A stretch of 64,000 nucleotides of DNA from the human T2T-CHM13v2.0 reference genome, Homo sapiens, in the NCBI RefSeq assembly GCF_009914755.1, contig NC_060946.1; one strand, written 5' to 3'. Both the position numbers and the translations under genes were made by a program. How positions within the stretch are numbered: position 1 is the first letter of the stretch; each line of letters opens with the position of its first letter. The notes beneath the pieces are model-generated. The model had not been told where the DNA came from and made no database searches. It worked only from the letters and a program-made list of their open reading frames with translations. Shown here piece after piece: positions 1-14,500 of this stretch.

Positions 1-1340
1 GTCACAGCAGACAAGGTTGTGAATTGCACATTCCAGTTTTGCTCTTTGAAGATAGTTCTATTCAACCAAGTAGCCAATAGGAGTTCAGCTGATTAATAAA
101 AGTACATTCTTTTTAAGTATAATTTTGAGTATTGTTGTGGTTTGACTGCCCCATGATTGCAAAGATTTCAACAAAGCCAGCTTGGAAGCTGCTAAAATGA
201 ACTTATTACTCAGCTTTTATTTACAAAATGTATTTTGAGGCTTCAAGTGTTGCAGAGATGCCAATGGTCGCAAAGGAGAGAGAATTGGTATTGAATCTGG
301 TGGTATGCTGAAACCCCAAGGGAGGGCAGCTGCTCACCAGCCTGGCATTCTAGGTAAAATGAGGCCACGTAAAATGATGGAATGGTTATCTTCCCAAACG
401 CCAATTTGTGTTGGTTTGCAAAGTGCTGAAGAATGAATGACACCCCGTCCTGGCTGAAATTTATGTCACACAATTTGGGGTAGGAGGAGGAAAGCCTATT
501 TTCAGTCTAATGTTACAAGGGGAGACAGCAAGTCAATGGAATTAGGAGGAAATGGCCAGAACCTAGTAGCTCAATTTTTAACCCCAGGGTGAATCAAAGC
601 AGCTTCCCCATTCCCCTTCCTCTCTGACCTTAGGGATCAGCCCACTCTCTCTATTACCTTCTACTACCCTCTCTCTACACACATTCACATTTGACCCAGT
701 TCCCCCTTCTAACCAAAGACTCGACCCAATTCTCAAGCCTTCTCCCCCACAGTTCTGACCCAATTCTCTCATCATTTCCACAAAGACGTGACCCAATTTG
801 CCTCCATCCTTCCCCCAGCACATGCGATAACATTCCCCCTACAGCTCCCACACTACGGATATGACCTCATTTCCACCCCCATGCCAGTCACTCACACCTG
901 TTCCCCCTCCATTTCCCCACGATGGCCAGGAGCCACCATGGTTACCTTCTCTTCTTGCACCTAGGACACCACCCCCTTCTCTAAAAACACCAAGGACACA
1001 GCTTCCCTTCGGCAGCAGCCTCTTCTTTCCCTGGGTACATTCACAGGGATTTGACCTAATTTTCCCACTTCTCAAACCCTACTTGGCTCATCCATCTCAT
1101 CGCACACCGTCTTCCCAAGGACACGTGGTTTGTGTCATTGCTGGAATGTCAAGCCCTCTGACACAGCCAATGCTCCCAATCAATGCTCGCAGCACAGCAC
1201 TGAGTAGGTAGTTACTGCAGCCCCTGGCATGGCCAGAGGAAACGTCACAGCTGGCTGTGCCTTAACTGATACTCAGTTATTAGTTTATTCTTTAAAGAAA
1301 TCATTTTGTTGGCAGCTTATCTGCCAGCATTTTGGATTTT

Positions 1341-1457
1341 CTCCCTTCCTTCCTTCCTTCCTTCCTTCCTTCCTTCCTTCCTTCCTTCCTTCCTTCCTTC
1401 CTTCCTTTCTTTCTTTCTTTCTTTCTTTCTTTCCTTCTTTCTTTCTTTCTTTTCTTT
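1341..1457. repeat. (TTCC)n(TTTC)n compound microsatellite
   Basis: Read directly from the sequence. Confidence 0.95.
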
Positions 1458-2124
1458 AAAAAAGGACATGTGATGAGTTCCGGTGAAGTGTGGTAGGGCT
1501 GTCAGTCAGGGGTTAAAGTCCTTTATAAGAAAACATGGGCAGGAGCAAATGTACCGGCCACTGAATGCTGCCCTTTCTATGTCAGTAGGGCTCCTGGAGA
1601 GGTTATAGGAGATGGCTCTCTGAGGGCTCTTCATTCATGGCTGCTACCTAATTAAAAAATAAATACGTTTCAATGATCACAAATGATTTTTATTTATCCA
1701 CTAGGAACCAGATTACAATCAGTTATGCATATGAAATCTACTAAACAGTTTTCAGGTGAAAGGGTATTAAGTTCTATCAACGTTGGGGACTGATTTGGGT
1801 GAATAGACTTGGAGGCGATTGGTTGAGGGAAGACTGGAGAGAGCTTTTGTAGCCTTGCTCTCGTTTTTGTAACTGTTCCTCCCTAGGTCACTGCCCACTT
1901 ACGTGTGATGGAGAAAGAGCCCACTCCAGCTCTCCCTGTTCTCTTAACTTGGCTGAGTTTTGGTGACACTCACGGTGGAACTTGGTTAGAAATAGTTGTT
2001 GTTTTGAAAAATTCAGAATTTTTCTTCTAAAATGAAGTAATACACGTTAAAGGTTTTGGACACCGTGAAGAGTTGTTCCAAATGGTAGTTATTCGGATGA
2101 TAACAATCCCTGTTATCATCACAA

Positions 2125-3592
2125 GCACCATCTCTGCTGCCACCACCTTCATCATCACCACCTGCATCACAATCATTATCATCACCATCACCACCACCTT
2201 CATGATCACCACCACCTGCACCATGGCTATAATTACTACCACCACCATCAGCATCACTACCACCACCATCATTATCACCACCATCACCGCCACCTTCAGG
2301 ATCACTGCCACCTGCATCATGGCTATAATTACCACCACCATCACCACCATCACTACCACCACCATCACCGTCACCACCATTACCACCACCATCACTACCA
2401 CCACCATCACTGTCACCACCACTACCACCACCATCATCACCACCACCATCACCATCATCAACACCACCACCATCACCACCATCACCACCACCTTCATGAT
2501 CACTGCCACCTGCATCATGGCTATAATTACCACCGCCATCACCATCATCACTACCACCATCATCACCATCATCACCATTACCACCACCATCACTACCACC
2601 ACCATCACTGTCACCACCACTACCACCACCATCATCACCACCACCATCACCATCATCAACACCACCACCATCACCACCATCACCACCACCTTCATGATCA
2701 CTGCCACCTGCATCATGGCTATAATTACCACCGCCATCACCATCATCACTACCACCATCATCACCATCATCACCATTACCACCACCATCACTGCCACCAT
2801 CACTACCACCATCATCACCATCATCACCACCACCACCATCACCACCATCACCATCACCACTTTCATCACCACCATCTTTATCACAGTCATTATTACCACC
2901 ATCAATCATCACCACCTTCATGATCACTGCCACCTGCATCATGGTTACAATTACTACCACCACCATCAGCACCACCTTCATGATCACCACCACCTGCATC
3001 ATGGCTATAATTACTACCACCATCACCACCACTAACACCACCATCATTATCACCACCATCACCACCATCTTCATGATCACTGCCACCTGCATCATGGCTA
3101 TAATTACCACCATCATCACCACTATACTACCACCACCACCATCACCACAACCATCGCTACCACCACCACCACCACCATCACCATCATCACCATCACTACT
3201 ACTGCCACCACTACCAAAACCACCACCACCACCATCACCACCACCATTGCCACCACTACCATCACCACCATCACCACCATCACCATCACCACCACTACCA
3301 CCATTACCACCATCACCACCACCACCACCACCATCACCATCACCACCACCATCATCACCACTATCACCACCACCATCACCACTACCACCATCACCATCAC
3401 CACTACCATCACCATCACCACCACCACTACCACCACTTTCATCACCACCATCTTTATCACAACCGTTATTGTCACCATCAATCACCACCACCTTCATGAT
3501 TACTGCCACCTGCATCATGGTTACAATTACTACCACCACCATCACCATCACTATCACCACCACCACCATCACCATCATCACCACCACCAGCA
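2125..3592. repeat. (CAC/CAT)n low-complexity minisatellite with higher-order structure
   Basis: Degenerate CAY triplets with a recurring anchor TTCATGATCACTGCCACCTGCATCATGGCTATAATTAC; source of the long spurious ORFs. Confidence 0.95.
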
Positions 3593-6500
3593 GCACATCT
3601 GAAAAACTCTGATTCTGGCCTTTATGTCTCAGATTCTTTTCTTTTCCTGTCAACTTCTTTATTTATACATTTATCCATTAAAAAGAATGAGAATGAAAAA
3701 CAGAAAAATTATTCTTTTTTTATTATTCTAAGAATTTGTATCTTTTTCACGAGTAAGTTAGAAGCTAAAGATCTATCTATCATCTATCTGTTCATCTCTC
3801 TGCCTATTAATCGATGGATCATTTTCTTTTGCTTGTTGGTTGTATTTCCATGGCTCTTCCCTTTTAGTTTGTCTTCATCCCTCCACCTTCTTTCTGTTGG
3901 TTTAGTGCTTAGGGCCTAAAAGTAACTGATGCAGCACCTTAGAATATAGAGAATGCTTCCAAGCCCTCGCAGAGACTGGACTTTTCCTACCTGGTGATAG
4001 CATAAGGAAGAGCAACTACATGATTTTTTCTCTTTGTGGGAAAAGGGGCACATCTTTTTATTCAGAGTCGAAAGTTTTTAAAAAGGAAGAAGACAGGGAA
4101 TTTGAATCTTTGTCAGCACCTGGCTCTTTAGCATAATGATCTGCACATTGTTGACATCCTGTAAATGCTTACTGAATTAAATTTGAGCATCAGCCTTTGG
4201 GCAGGAACAGAATTAAATCCATTTTTTGGGGGGCAGCCACTTTTATTCCAAATATATTTTTGGGTTACATTTCTAACTTCTCCCACCCTTTCCTTTTGTC
4301 TCTTGTCAAAACTCATCACACTGGTGCTGAAGTAAAGTTGACCATTTGTGTTTGGAATCCATTGGCTGGACTAGGGTTTAAATCCCTGCACCACCAATGA
4401 CCAACCTGAAAAAGAAATCACTTGACTTCTTTTGGCTTCAGTTCTCTCATCTGTACCACCACCCTGCCATACAGGGTGGTTGTGGGAACTGAATGAAAAA
4501 ATAAGGACTATACAGTAGATCCCAGAGGATCCAGCCCATGGTAGCTGGAGGCATGGCATGTGTATGTTTCCTGTAGATAATTACTCCCCCCACTCTCTAT
4601 TGGGTCCATTTCTGGTATGGCCAAAGGATGCCAAGTCTGCATGCTCTCAGGGACCAACTCTCCCTCTACCATCAGCCCATCTTCATGGTGCTCAGCCGTC
4701 AGGAGACTCTGAGAATTGAACTAGGGAAGTGTAACAGCAGACCAAGAGGCAGAATTCCTATGTGAATTTCTGCTCCTTTACACACTGCAGGAATGCTACG
4801 AGACAGCTCATTTCTAAGCTTGGGAGGGTTCCCACAGCTTGGCTGAGACTTGGGGGAGAAGACGCAGGGCTTGAAGGCCCTTGCAGGAGTGAAGCCAGTG
4901 AAGAGACGGAGTCCCAAACCCGACTCCCACCTCTGCCCCTGTTAGCTGTGGGACTCTGGCAAATCGCTTAATCTCTCAGCACCTCCGTTTCCTCCTCTGC
5001 AGAATGAGGAAGAGAAGCCTAAAACAGATTTTGCATGGTGGTTGTGGGGATAAAATAAAACCTTTGGTATACAGGAGGGTGCTCAATAGGTAGTGTTTTT
5101 CTTCCCTTCCTTTCCTCTCCATCCTCTCCTTCTTTTCAAACATTTCCTTTTTATCTTGTATTCCCCTCCCCCCACCCCACTCCCGACTTCTTCCCAGGTT
5201 TCTTGATTCAAATTTAGATATGCTGGCTACTCAATGGTGACTTGTATAGAACCTGAAGTTCTTAGGAGGATGGACACTAAAGAATCCAATAAGTGATAAA
5301 CGTTTGACTGCATAAACAAGAATAATAACAACACAATTATTTGGGATCATTATTAAATTGTGAGACCAAATGAAGCCAACACAATCAAAATTGAATAGAA
5401 AGTCAGTAGAGAGTCACACCCTCTAATTTGTTTGAAGATGCTGCCCTGGTTTATTACTGATGCTCAATCATACAGTTATTTAAAGGAAATCCAGACTGAC
5501 AATATTAATAATGGTGACAAATCTTCCCGGCATGGACGGCTCTCACTTTCTTTTAATTGAAGGGAAGCTATGGAAGTGTTTTCCTTCATTTAAAAAAAAT
5601 CTTCCTTTTTTTTTCTCTCAGGCCATCTGTCTGGCTATTAAAATCCCATCAGCTTCATTGCGAGAACGCTTACTTCCCCCATGCCTGCCATCCCAAAGGG
5701 GGCTCTTACAGCCAACTAGCTCATGATCGCTCCGGGCCCTCCAAAGGGTAAGTGCATTTGCTCTCAGCGCTTCCTTTGCAGCATCCTGTCTTTCTTTCCT
5801 GGCATCTCATTGCTGTATAGACAAGATATTCTGTGATTTATTTCCAGGCCCCCACATTAATACTCTGAAATTAGTTTATATCCATAATTATGTGTTAATT
5901 CATTCAACTGTATAAGAAGTAGCTATGTCTCTTCTCAGCAGTTTAGGGTCTAACAAGACAGTGCTGGATCTCTGAAATAAACACCCTCGGGTCAAAGTCC
6001 AATACTTCAGGATTAGCCTTTGCTTTATAGATGATGGTGGATGAAGCCCTTGGATCTAAGAGATTGAGTCAGGACTAAGAGTCAGGAAGGAAATGCCTGC
6101 ATTCTCTCTGACCCAGCACCTGGGTTCCTAAAATCCTACACTATCTCTCTTAGGCTTGTGAGTCATATTATCCCAGCCCTTCCTAAATACCCCAAATCCT
6201 TTTTGTCATTATTGTTATGGGAGACAGTCATTCCTGTTATGACAAAACTGCCTTTCCTCCCCCACTCAGGTATGATCATTATGGAGAAATCTTACAGCTT
6301 CTTCCAAGAAAACACCTCTTCCTACCAGAGGTAAATCCTTCTATGCTTGGAAGGCTCTAGGGTGGAGAAAGAAATTCCTTCCCTGCTGGTTGACAGGGAG
6401 AGCTAATTCCTCTTGTTCTGATGGTGTCTTGGGAGGGGGCATCTCCTGAACACCCTGGAGGAAACCAAAGGGAAAATCCTTCAGTACAAATCAGTGTGTC

Positions 6501-6963
6501 AACAAGGGAGGCAGCATCTCTCTCTCTCTCCACCCCCCGCGACCCCTGGCTGTCGTCCACACCACCATCCTTTCTAGATGGAGGAATGGGTCAAATTGTA
6601 ACTAAGAACCGAGTGCTCCCGACGCCTCAGAAAGGCCCTTACAGTCCAGGCGACTTCTGTGAATTGGCCTCTGACCTTCTTTTCACTTTCTATGTCAGTG
6701 TCTCTTTTATCACCTAAAGAAAAAAGCTGATGAGTAATGGGGCTGAAGAGCCACCCGTCTCTCCATGTCTTTCAAACCCCGTGGATGGTTTATCAGTAGG
6801 AACAACGCTTTTGCAAAGTGAATGGTGGGCCATTGTGGTACCTGAGATGAATTTAGGTGGTATAGGGATGAACATTTAAATAGCTTTAAGCTAAGTATTT
6901 TGAAGGCATGTTAAAAATATAACTAGTGAATTGAACCAGTGATTTCTTGGGTACTATTGCTTA

Positions 6964-7320
<357 letters not shown>

Positions 7321-9509
7321 AAAGATATGTGTTTGATTAATAACAGTCCTGATTTAAAACAACAGCACTGTGTTTTGAGCCTTCACTCAGTATGCAACTC
7401 CTTTATACAGATTTTATTTTAATTTTTATAACACACTGCTTGAGAAGCATATTTATTTCCGTTTTTGTGTGTGCATGTGGTGGACAGGAAACAGTGGTTC
7501 AGAGAGATGAAGCACCCTGCCCGAGGTGGCAGAGTGCATCAGGATTCAAACCCAGGTCTGTCTGATGCCCAAACTGGGCTCTTTCTGCTGGATCGCGCTG
7601 CCCAATCAATCCGGGAAGAAAGTAGGGCAGGAAGTGGTTGGGTTCTAGGGAAAATCTATTGGTCCTGAGCTGCGGTGGTGTGTGGTCCTGCCGTCTGAGA
7701 CTCTGGCCTGTAATTTTAGCCTGGGCTCCAGCCACAAGCTTTGCAGCTTCCTCTCATCGCTCAGTCCACAAATATCCATGCCCCGCCTGGTTTCTCTGTG
7801 TTCTCTGTGTCTCAGAGAGCTCTCCCTGGGCAGCGTTTCTGGGGGCGGCAGGGGGTGTCTCTCCCAGCCTGGGGGCGGGCAGGCCTCTCTCTGCATCCTG
7901 CTGCTGTTCCTCTTCGCTCTGACCAACTGTCGTGGACCCTCTGGGCTCCAGCATTCCATCTGCTCTGAGAGGGGCCCGCCCGCGCCCAGGCAGCTTCCAT
8001 CTCTCCCGGGGGCCTCTGCCCGCCTTCTCACGCTCTTTCCCCACCCTGTGCCACCTCGCTATGCTGAGCTTCTGCCCCCCGTCATCCTTACCATGGACCC
8101 ACCTCTGGCTCCTGTCCTCTGGTGCTCTGCAAAGCCGCTGACTTAGACCTGGGGTGGCAGCTGGCTTCCTTTACCCCCATCGCTCTGCCCCCACCTCACC
8201 CACACCACACGTTCTGCCTCTGGCCATGTCCTGGTAACCCTGGTGTCAGGCACCTCGGCTGCCGAGGCCCATCGGGAAGCCCCAGAGGCACAGTGTTCTC
8301 AAGCCGAGGACAGGCCTTTTGAAACAGATCTTTCCGGCCTGGTTCTTATGTTCTCCTGTGAACTCAGTCCTCAGGGGAAGGATTCCGCTGTTCCGGGACC
8401 AAGGCGGGGAGAGCCGCCTACCCTAGGAGCGGCTGATTCCACGGGAAGCCAAGGCACTAACTAATTTGTTCCTCCCTTCCTCCGTCCATCTTTCCATCCT
8501 TTCTCCTTTTCTTATTTTGTTCATTATTACTACTATTTTTGCTGAGATCCTACTATGTGCCAGCCCCTGCCTTAGCTATTTAATTCTGACTGATTGGCCT
8601 ATCCCCATTTATTCACCAAGAGCTTGAGGTGTGCCAGGCACTGTGCCGGACAGCCGGTCACAGAGGTAAATGTGACACCATCCATGTCTCAAGGGCTTTG
8701 CCACCTGGTTGAGGAGACAGATACTTGAAAACAGAGAAGCACAAGAAAGTGTCTGGATCTTTGCCGACATCTGAACTGGCAGAGGCTGCAAATGTCTGAG
8801 GGTGGAGGCTCTTTGGCTTTGAGGCTGGCAGGAGAAAGGGGAGAGTGGCCACCACTCCTGGCTTGGATGGGCCCCTGTCTAATCCCTTCACCATGTCAAA
8901 ACGGACACCAGGGCATACCAAGACAACAGCAACAGCTCGCTGCCACAACCCTCCTCAGATATAAAGGCTCATCTCTAAGGAGATGACCCTGTCACAGAGC
9001 AAGTCCAGAAGAAGGAAAAACCTCCGTTTCTTGGTGCTGTTTCAGGCTTCTCTTCGGTCAAATCCTGCAGCTCTTTCATGCGGAAGGGCCCTTGGATTTG
9101 ATGACTTTGTGGGAGAGATAGGGGAGCCCGGAGCTCCCCCAAGGGTATCAGCTGGCATGTAAGAGGGAGGAAGGCGGATAAACAGACTCAGGCATGCAAT
9201 GGGCCTGCCTCCCAGAGCTGGGGATTCTATCCACCCTCAAAGAGGCAGCAGCAGAGGCTGTGACCCGGAGGGAATATTGTGGTGGTGGAATGGCACAGTG
9301 CCTTCCGTCCCACAAGCATGAGTGAGCTGCTACTACGTGCCAGGCACCGTGTCAGGTGCTGGAGACCCCACACTACTTGCTGCCTGGGACCCGGGCACAG
9401 GGGTTCTAGTCCCTGCACTGCCACTTGCTGACTCCGTGGCATGACCAAGTCCCTTCCTTTTTGGGCCTCATGTTCTTCAAAGTCAAGGTGAAGATTTGGA
9501 CTAGATGAG

Positions 9510-10030
9510 CCCTGTGGAGTCGCCGCTAGTCAACTTCCCTCTCTCATTTTCCCATAGCAACAGAAACTCGAGTTTTCCTCCAGGCATGTGGCCACCTAGA
9601 ATAAAGGTTATCTTTTCCAGATTTCCCTATAGCTAATGTGTGGTCACGTAGCAAACTTCTGCCCAATGAAACTAAGGCAAAAATGTTGTGTGATACCTTC
9701 TAGGAAGCCTTCTCAGGAGCCAGGTGACAGGTGCCCTTTGCCCTTGTTTTTTTGTGCCATCCTCCACCTTGATCCATGGGATGTGAAGGCAGTGGCTGGA
9801 GCTCTGGCAGCCCTACTTGACTGTGAGGTTGAAGGACCCACTGTGGGGATGATGGAGTGGGGAGCGAGCAGGGGTCTGCATTGTTAACCGGTTTGTGGAG
9901 CCTCCAGGCCAGCCTTGTAGTTTACAGCCCCAGATTTGTTTACTTGAAAGAGAATAAACTTTTTGTTTTGTTTAAGACACTGCTCATTTAATTTTTCTGT
10001 TACTTATCATCAAATCTAATCTTTCTTGAT
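9510..10030 (+). mobile_element. Old MaLR LTR (MLT1J/K-like)
   Basis: MLT1-type motifs (CATGTGGCCA, GGCAGTGGCTGGAGCTCTGGCAGCC, AATAAAC..TTGTTTAAGACACTG). Confidence 0.65.
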
Positions 10031-10241
10031 ATAATCTCTAAAAATCTCTTCCAGGTGTACTATTCCAAGGTTGTGACACTAGGTTGTGAACAAACTCTTT
10101 GTCTTATTTAAACCACTGTTAGTTTTACTTTTCTGTGGCTTATTGTCAAATTGAATCCTTCCTGGTACAAGCTCTAAAGCCTTTTCCAGGTGTGCTGTTC
10201 TGAGCTTGTGGCATTAGGGGAATTCTTTGGGTAGACATTCC

Positions 10242-10730
10242 CTGTGGTCGGCAGAATAACAGCCTCCCAAAGATGTCCACATCCCAATTCCTGTAACCCG
10301 TGAGTGCGCCACATTGCATGGGAAAGGGGATTAAGGTTGCAGATGGAATTAAGGCTGCTAATCAGCGGACTGTAAGAGAGGGAGATTATCCTGGATTATC
10401 TGGGTGGGCACGTGGTAATCCCCAGGGCCCTTAGGTGTGAGGGGGGAAGCAGGAGAATCACGAGAAGGACTCTGTTCAACAACTCTGGCTTTAAAGATAG
10501 AGGAAGTGGCTACAGGCCAGGGAAGGAGGCAGCCTGTAGGAGCTAGAAATGGCCAGCAAGTAGATTCTTCCAAGAGCCTCCGGAAGGAATGCAGCCCTGC
10601 CCACACCTTGGTTCTAGCCCAGTGAGACCCAGGTTAGACTTCCAACATCCAGAACCATCAGATAATAGGTTTTTGTTGTTTTAAGCACTAAGTTCGTGTA
10701 ATTTATTACAGCAGCAATAGGAAACATACA
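10242..10730 (+). mobile_element. MaLR solo LTR (MLT1D-like)
   Basis: TGTGGTCGGCAGAATAACAGCCTCCCAAAGATGTCCAC start; GCAGCAATAGGAAACATACA end. Confidence 0.85.
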
Positions 10731-10940
10731 CTCCCACTGGTATATAATGGGTAAAATGAGAATCCTAACACCCATGTTACAGAGTGCAGTGCAGCCAGGG
10801 AAGGTGACAGACACATGGTCCTCAGCCCAGGGCCCAGCACACAGGAGACTCTCAAACAGTAGCTCTCGGGGAAAATCACTCTTTCTTCTTATATCTCTGG
10901 TCACCTCATTTAACCTTAAATGATAATGTTAGCTGAAATG

Positions 10941-11605
<665 letters not shown>

Positions 11606-14289
11606 CCAAGTGCTCCGCTCTCTCCTTGACCTCATCCTTTTGGGGACAGTCTTGGGTGATTTCATTTTCTTCATCTGTTTTGGGCCTATCTCCTTTGTTC
11701 TACTGTTGGCGAACTCTTATTCGTCCTGCAGAACCCACTGCAGAGGGCCTTTAGGACCTCTTTCCTGACCTCCTCAAATAAAGTTGCTCTCTTTTCTCGC
11801 CTTTACTTGTGCCTTCATCAAGTCCCTGAGCTCACTGGTAACGGTTTTGATACCTGCCTGTCTATTCTAGGCTTTGGTCTCCTTCAGAGCAGGGGCGTGT
11901 CTTCTGACACCCAAAAAACATTTACTAAGCACCTACTGTGTGCCAGGCACTGCTCTCAGTCCCTGGGCTATGGCAGGTAAATAACACAGACAAGGACCCT
12001 GGTCTCATGGAACTCACATTCCAATTAGAAATAATACATACAGTAGACAAACAAATTCAGAGAACGTAAAATCCAACAAAGAAAATAAAATCGGCAAGAG
12101 AGACTGGAAAGAGGAAGGGCAGACTCCCCTCGGCAGCTGATTTGTTTCTGTGATCTGTGAACTAGCACAGAGTCTGGCTTACATTAAACATTCAAAAATT
12201 ATCAAGTTAATTCAGGTCTGACCATTCTTTGAGATTCAAACGACAGGTCTTTAAGTTAATATTCTTTCTGGGCAATTACTGGACAATTTTTCCTACCCAG
12301 AAAATGGAAATTTCTCTCTTCTCCATGAAGCTTTCCAAGGTAGAAATGAGAAGTAGTAAATCTCTCGGTCCTGCAGCAGGTCTCCCTCCCATCTCTCTGC
12401 AGCCAGCACCAACAGCGTGGCCTGTCGCCTTGGCACCTGGCATTCAGTTATTGAATAAAGCATGCCACGTGGCTGGCCACCACAACAGGGCATGCTTCCC
12501 GAACTGGGGTCAAGGTCAGAAAATGTCAGCCTCTGAAAGGAAGCTGCCAGGGTGACCTAAAATGGGTGAGCGTCTCTCTCTTTAAAAGCAACAACTCACC
12601 CTGGGGACGTTCTTTAAAAGGGAGTAGATGAGGCTAGCCTTCCACCTGAATCTTATCAACAGGCCCTGCTCAGGAATGTGGGATATTTATGCATTTATTT
12701 ACAGATGCACGGCTTTCTTCCCTCTGTCTCTGTGAGCTGCTACGCCCTGTCTGCGCTGGTGTCATTTTAGTTCTGTCTTCAGCTGTCAAAAGACAAAGAC
12801 TCTACCTCTAATTTGCCATAGGCGTAGAGGAGGATTTGCAAACTTCGACGCCTACAGAGGCCGGGAAACGGCCACGCACGGTGGAGCGGAGCAGCCATGT
12901 AAGCCACGTAAGACACTCGGGAGCAGTGGGGACTCAGGGGGAAGTGCGAGGCACCTGCCGCACGGAAGAGACATCTGCTGCCCAGCTCTTGCTGATGGCT
13001 GCCAAGCAGGGATAGGGCCCAGGGTTACAAAAATCTTTTTTTTTCCCCCCAAGGGAACCAAAAATGTGGATTTTTATGGGAAAGTTTTCAATTTGTAGAA
13101 CATTTGAGGGCCAAGCACAACTCGCTTGCCAATCACCCTTTGCAACTGCTAGCGTCATAAATAATAAACACACCACTGGTAATGACAGCACCCGACATTT
13201 GTCAAGTGCTCACTGTGTGCCGGCACCTCGGTAAGCACTCTACGTGGAGCATCCCACCAAAATTTCACAAGCAATTCAGGAGGGAGACAAAATGATTATC
13301 CCAATTTTACACGTGAAAAATAGACTTAGGCTATATTTCTTGTCCAAGGGAACATAGCTCATAAGTGACAGGGGTGGGATTTGAACCCAGGCTGTCAGAT
13401 GTGAGCTGACATGAACTCCAGGCCTCACTGGGAAAGAATGCATCCTGATGATGATGATGATGATGACGATGATGGGAAAAATCTGAGATTAAATAGGCAT
13501 CCTAATCCCAGATGTCAAGCTTTGTGCTATGTCTTTTTTCTATATTCACTCACTCATTCATTCAACAAACATTGAGCAATCTCACCGTATAATCATTGCT
13601 TTGTGATGGGGCCTCTGCCCAATCTCATCCCTCATTACTAACACCTTCCCCTATCTCCTCTCCCATACCTTGTTCTCCCGCAATAGTATATATAAACCTC
13701 AAGTGGTCCCCTAAACACTTCATGCTTGTTCACACCTCTTCCTAGGACAGCACCTGGCAATGGTAGTAACTTGGTAAATTTTGTTGAAGAAATAGATGAG
13801 GGAACTCATGATCTAGAGGAAGACACAGGAATGGAAACAAGCAACATAAAAGATATTAGATGCTGGGATCTGGAGGAAGCAGACCCCAGGTGGGAGGGAG
13901 CAGGGTGGGAGGCAGCAGAGAGAGGTGACAACTTCACTAAGTCCTGGAGACAAAGTAGGATGTGGCTGGGAAAGGGGCCTTTGGGCAGAAGGCAGGGGAG
14001 AGGGAGTATCTGTATTCACTTCCGCACCTTCACAAACTGCAAGGAGACTGATGTCCTTGCATTTTGAGGGAACTTCTGTTTTCAAAGCAGTGAGGAAATC
14101 TGGCAGTCCCTTCACTATTCCCCCACCCTGCCATGGATAAGCTCAAAATGCTGAAGACTTCATCATGCAAGGGAGTACAAACAGCATTTCTGTTCAGCAT
14201 TGCCCTCAACATCTGAAAGAAGTTTATTTATAGACTTGGGAGCCAAGAGAAAATGGAAGATATAATTAGTGTCATAGAAGGCTGTACAC

Positions 14290-14500
14290 AGGTTTTGGGG
14301 TTGGACAGGCTTGGGTTGGAATCCCAGCTCTGCCATTTGCTGTGTGACCTGGGGCAAGTTACTTAACATCTCTGAGCCTCTTAAGATGGAGTTAATGGGT
14401 ATCACAGCACATATCTTCAGAATTGTGAAGATTAAATAAGAGCCTCTGGAGAGCATCTAAAACAGTGCTTAGCACAAAGGAAACACTCAACGAATGACTA
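14290..14500 (+). mobile_element. MIR SINE (representative; many more MIR fragments in the window)
   Basis: Core GCTGTGTGACCTGGGGCAAGTTACTTAACATCTCTGAGCCTC. Confidence 0.8.

Noticed and set aside
2198-3530. CRISPR-like repeat/spacer pattern
   Set aside because: Spacers are low-complexity, variable in length and related to one another; the context is a primate intron with no cas genes.
2013-3653. Long ORFs (546, 320, 292, 230 aa) rich in G/D/V/M or T/I/P
   Set aside because: Products of a stop-poor triplet minisatellite that is open in several frames on both strands; no domain-like sequence.
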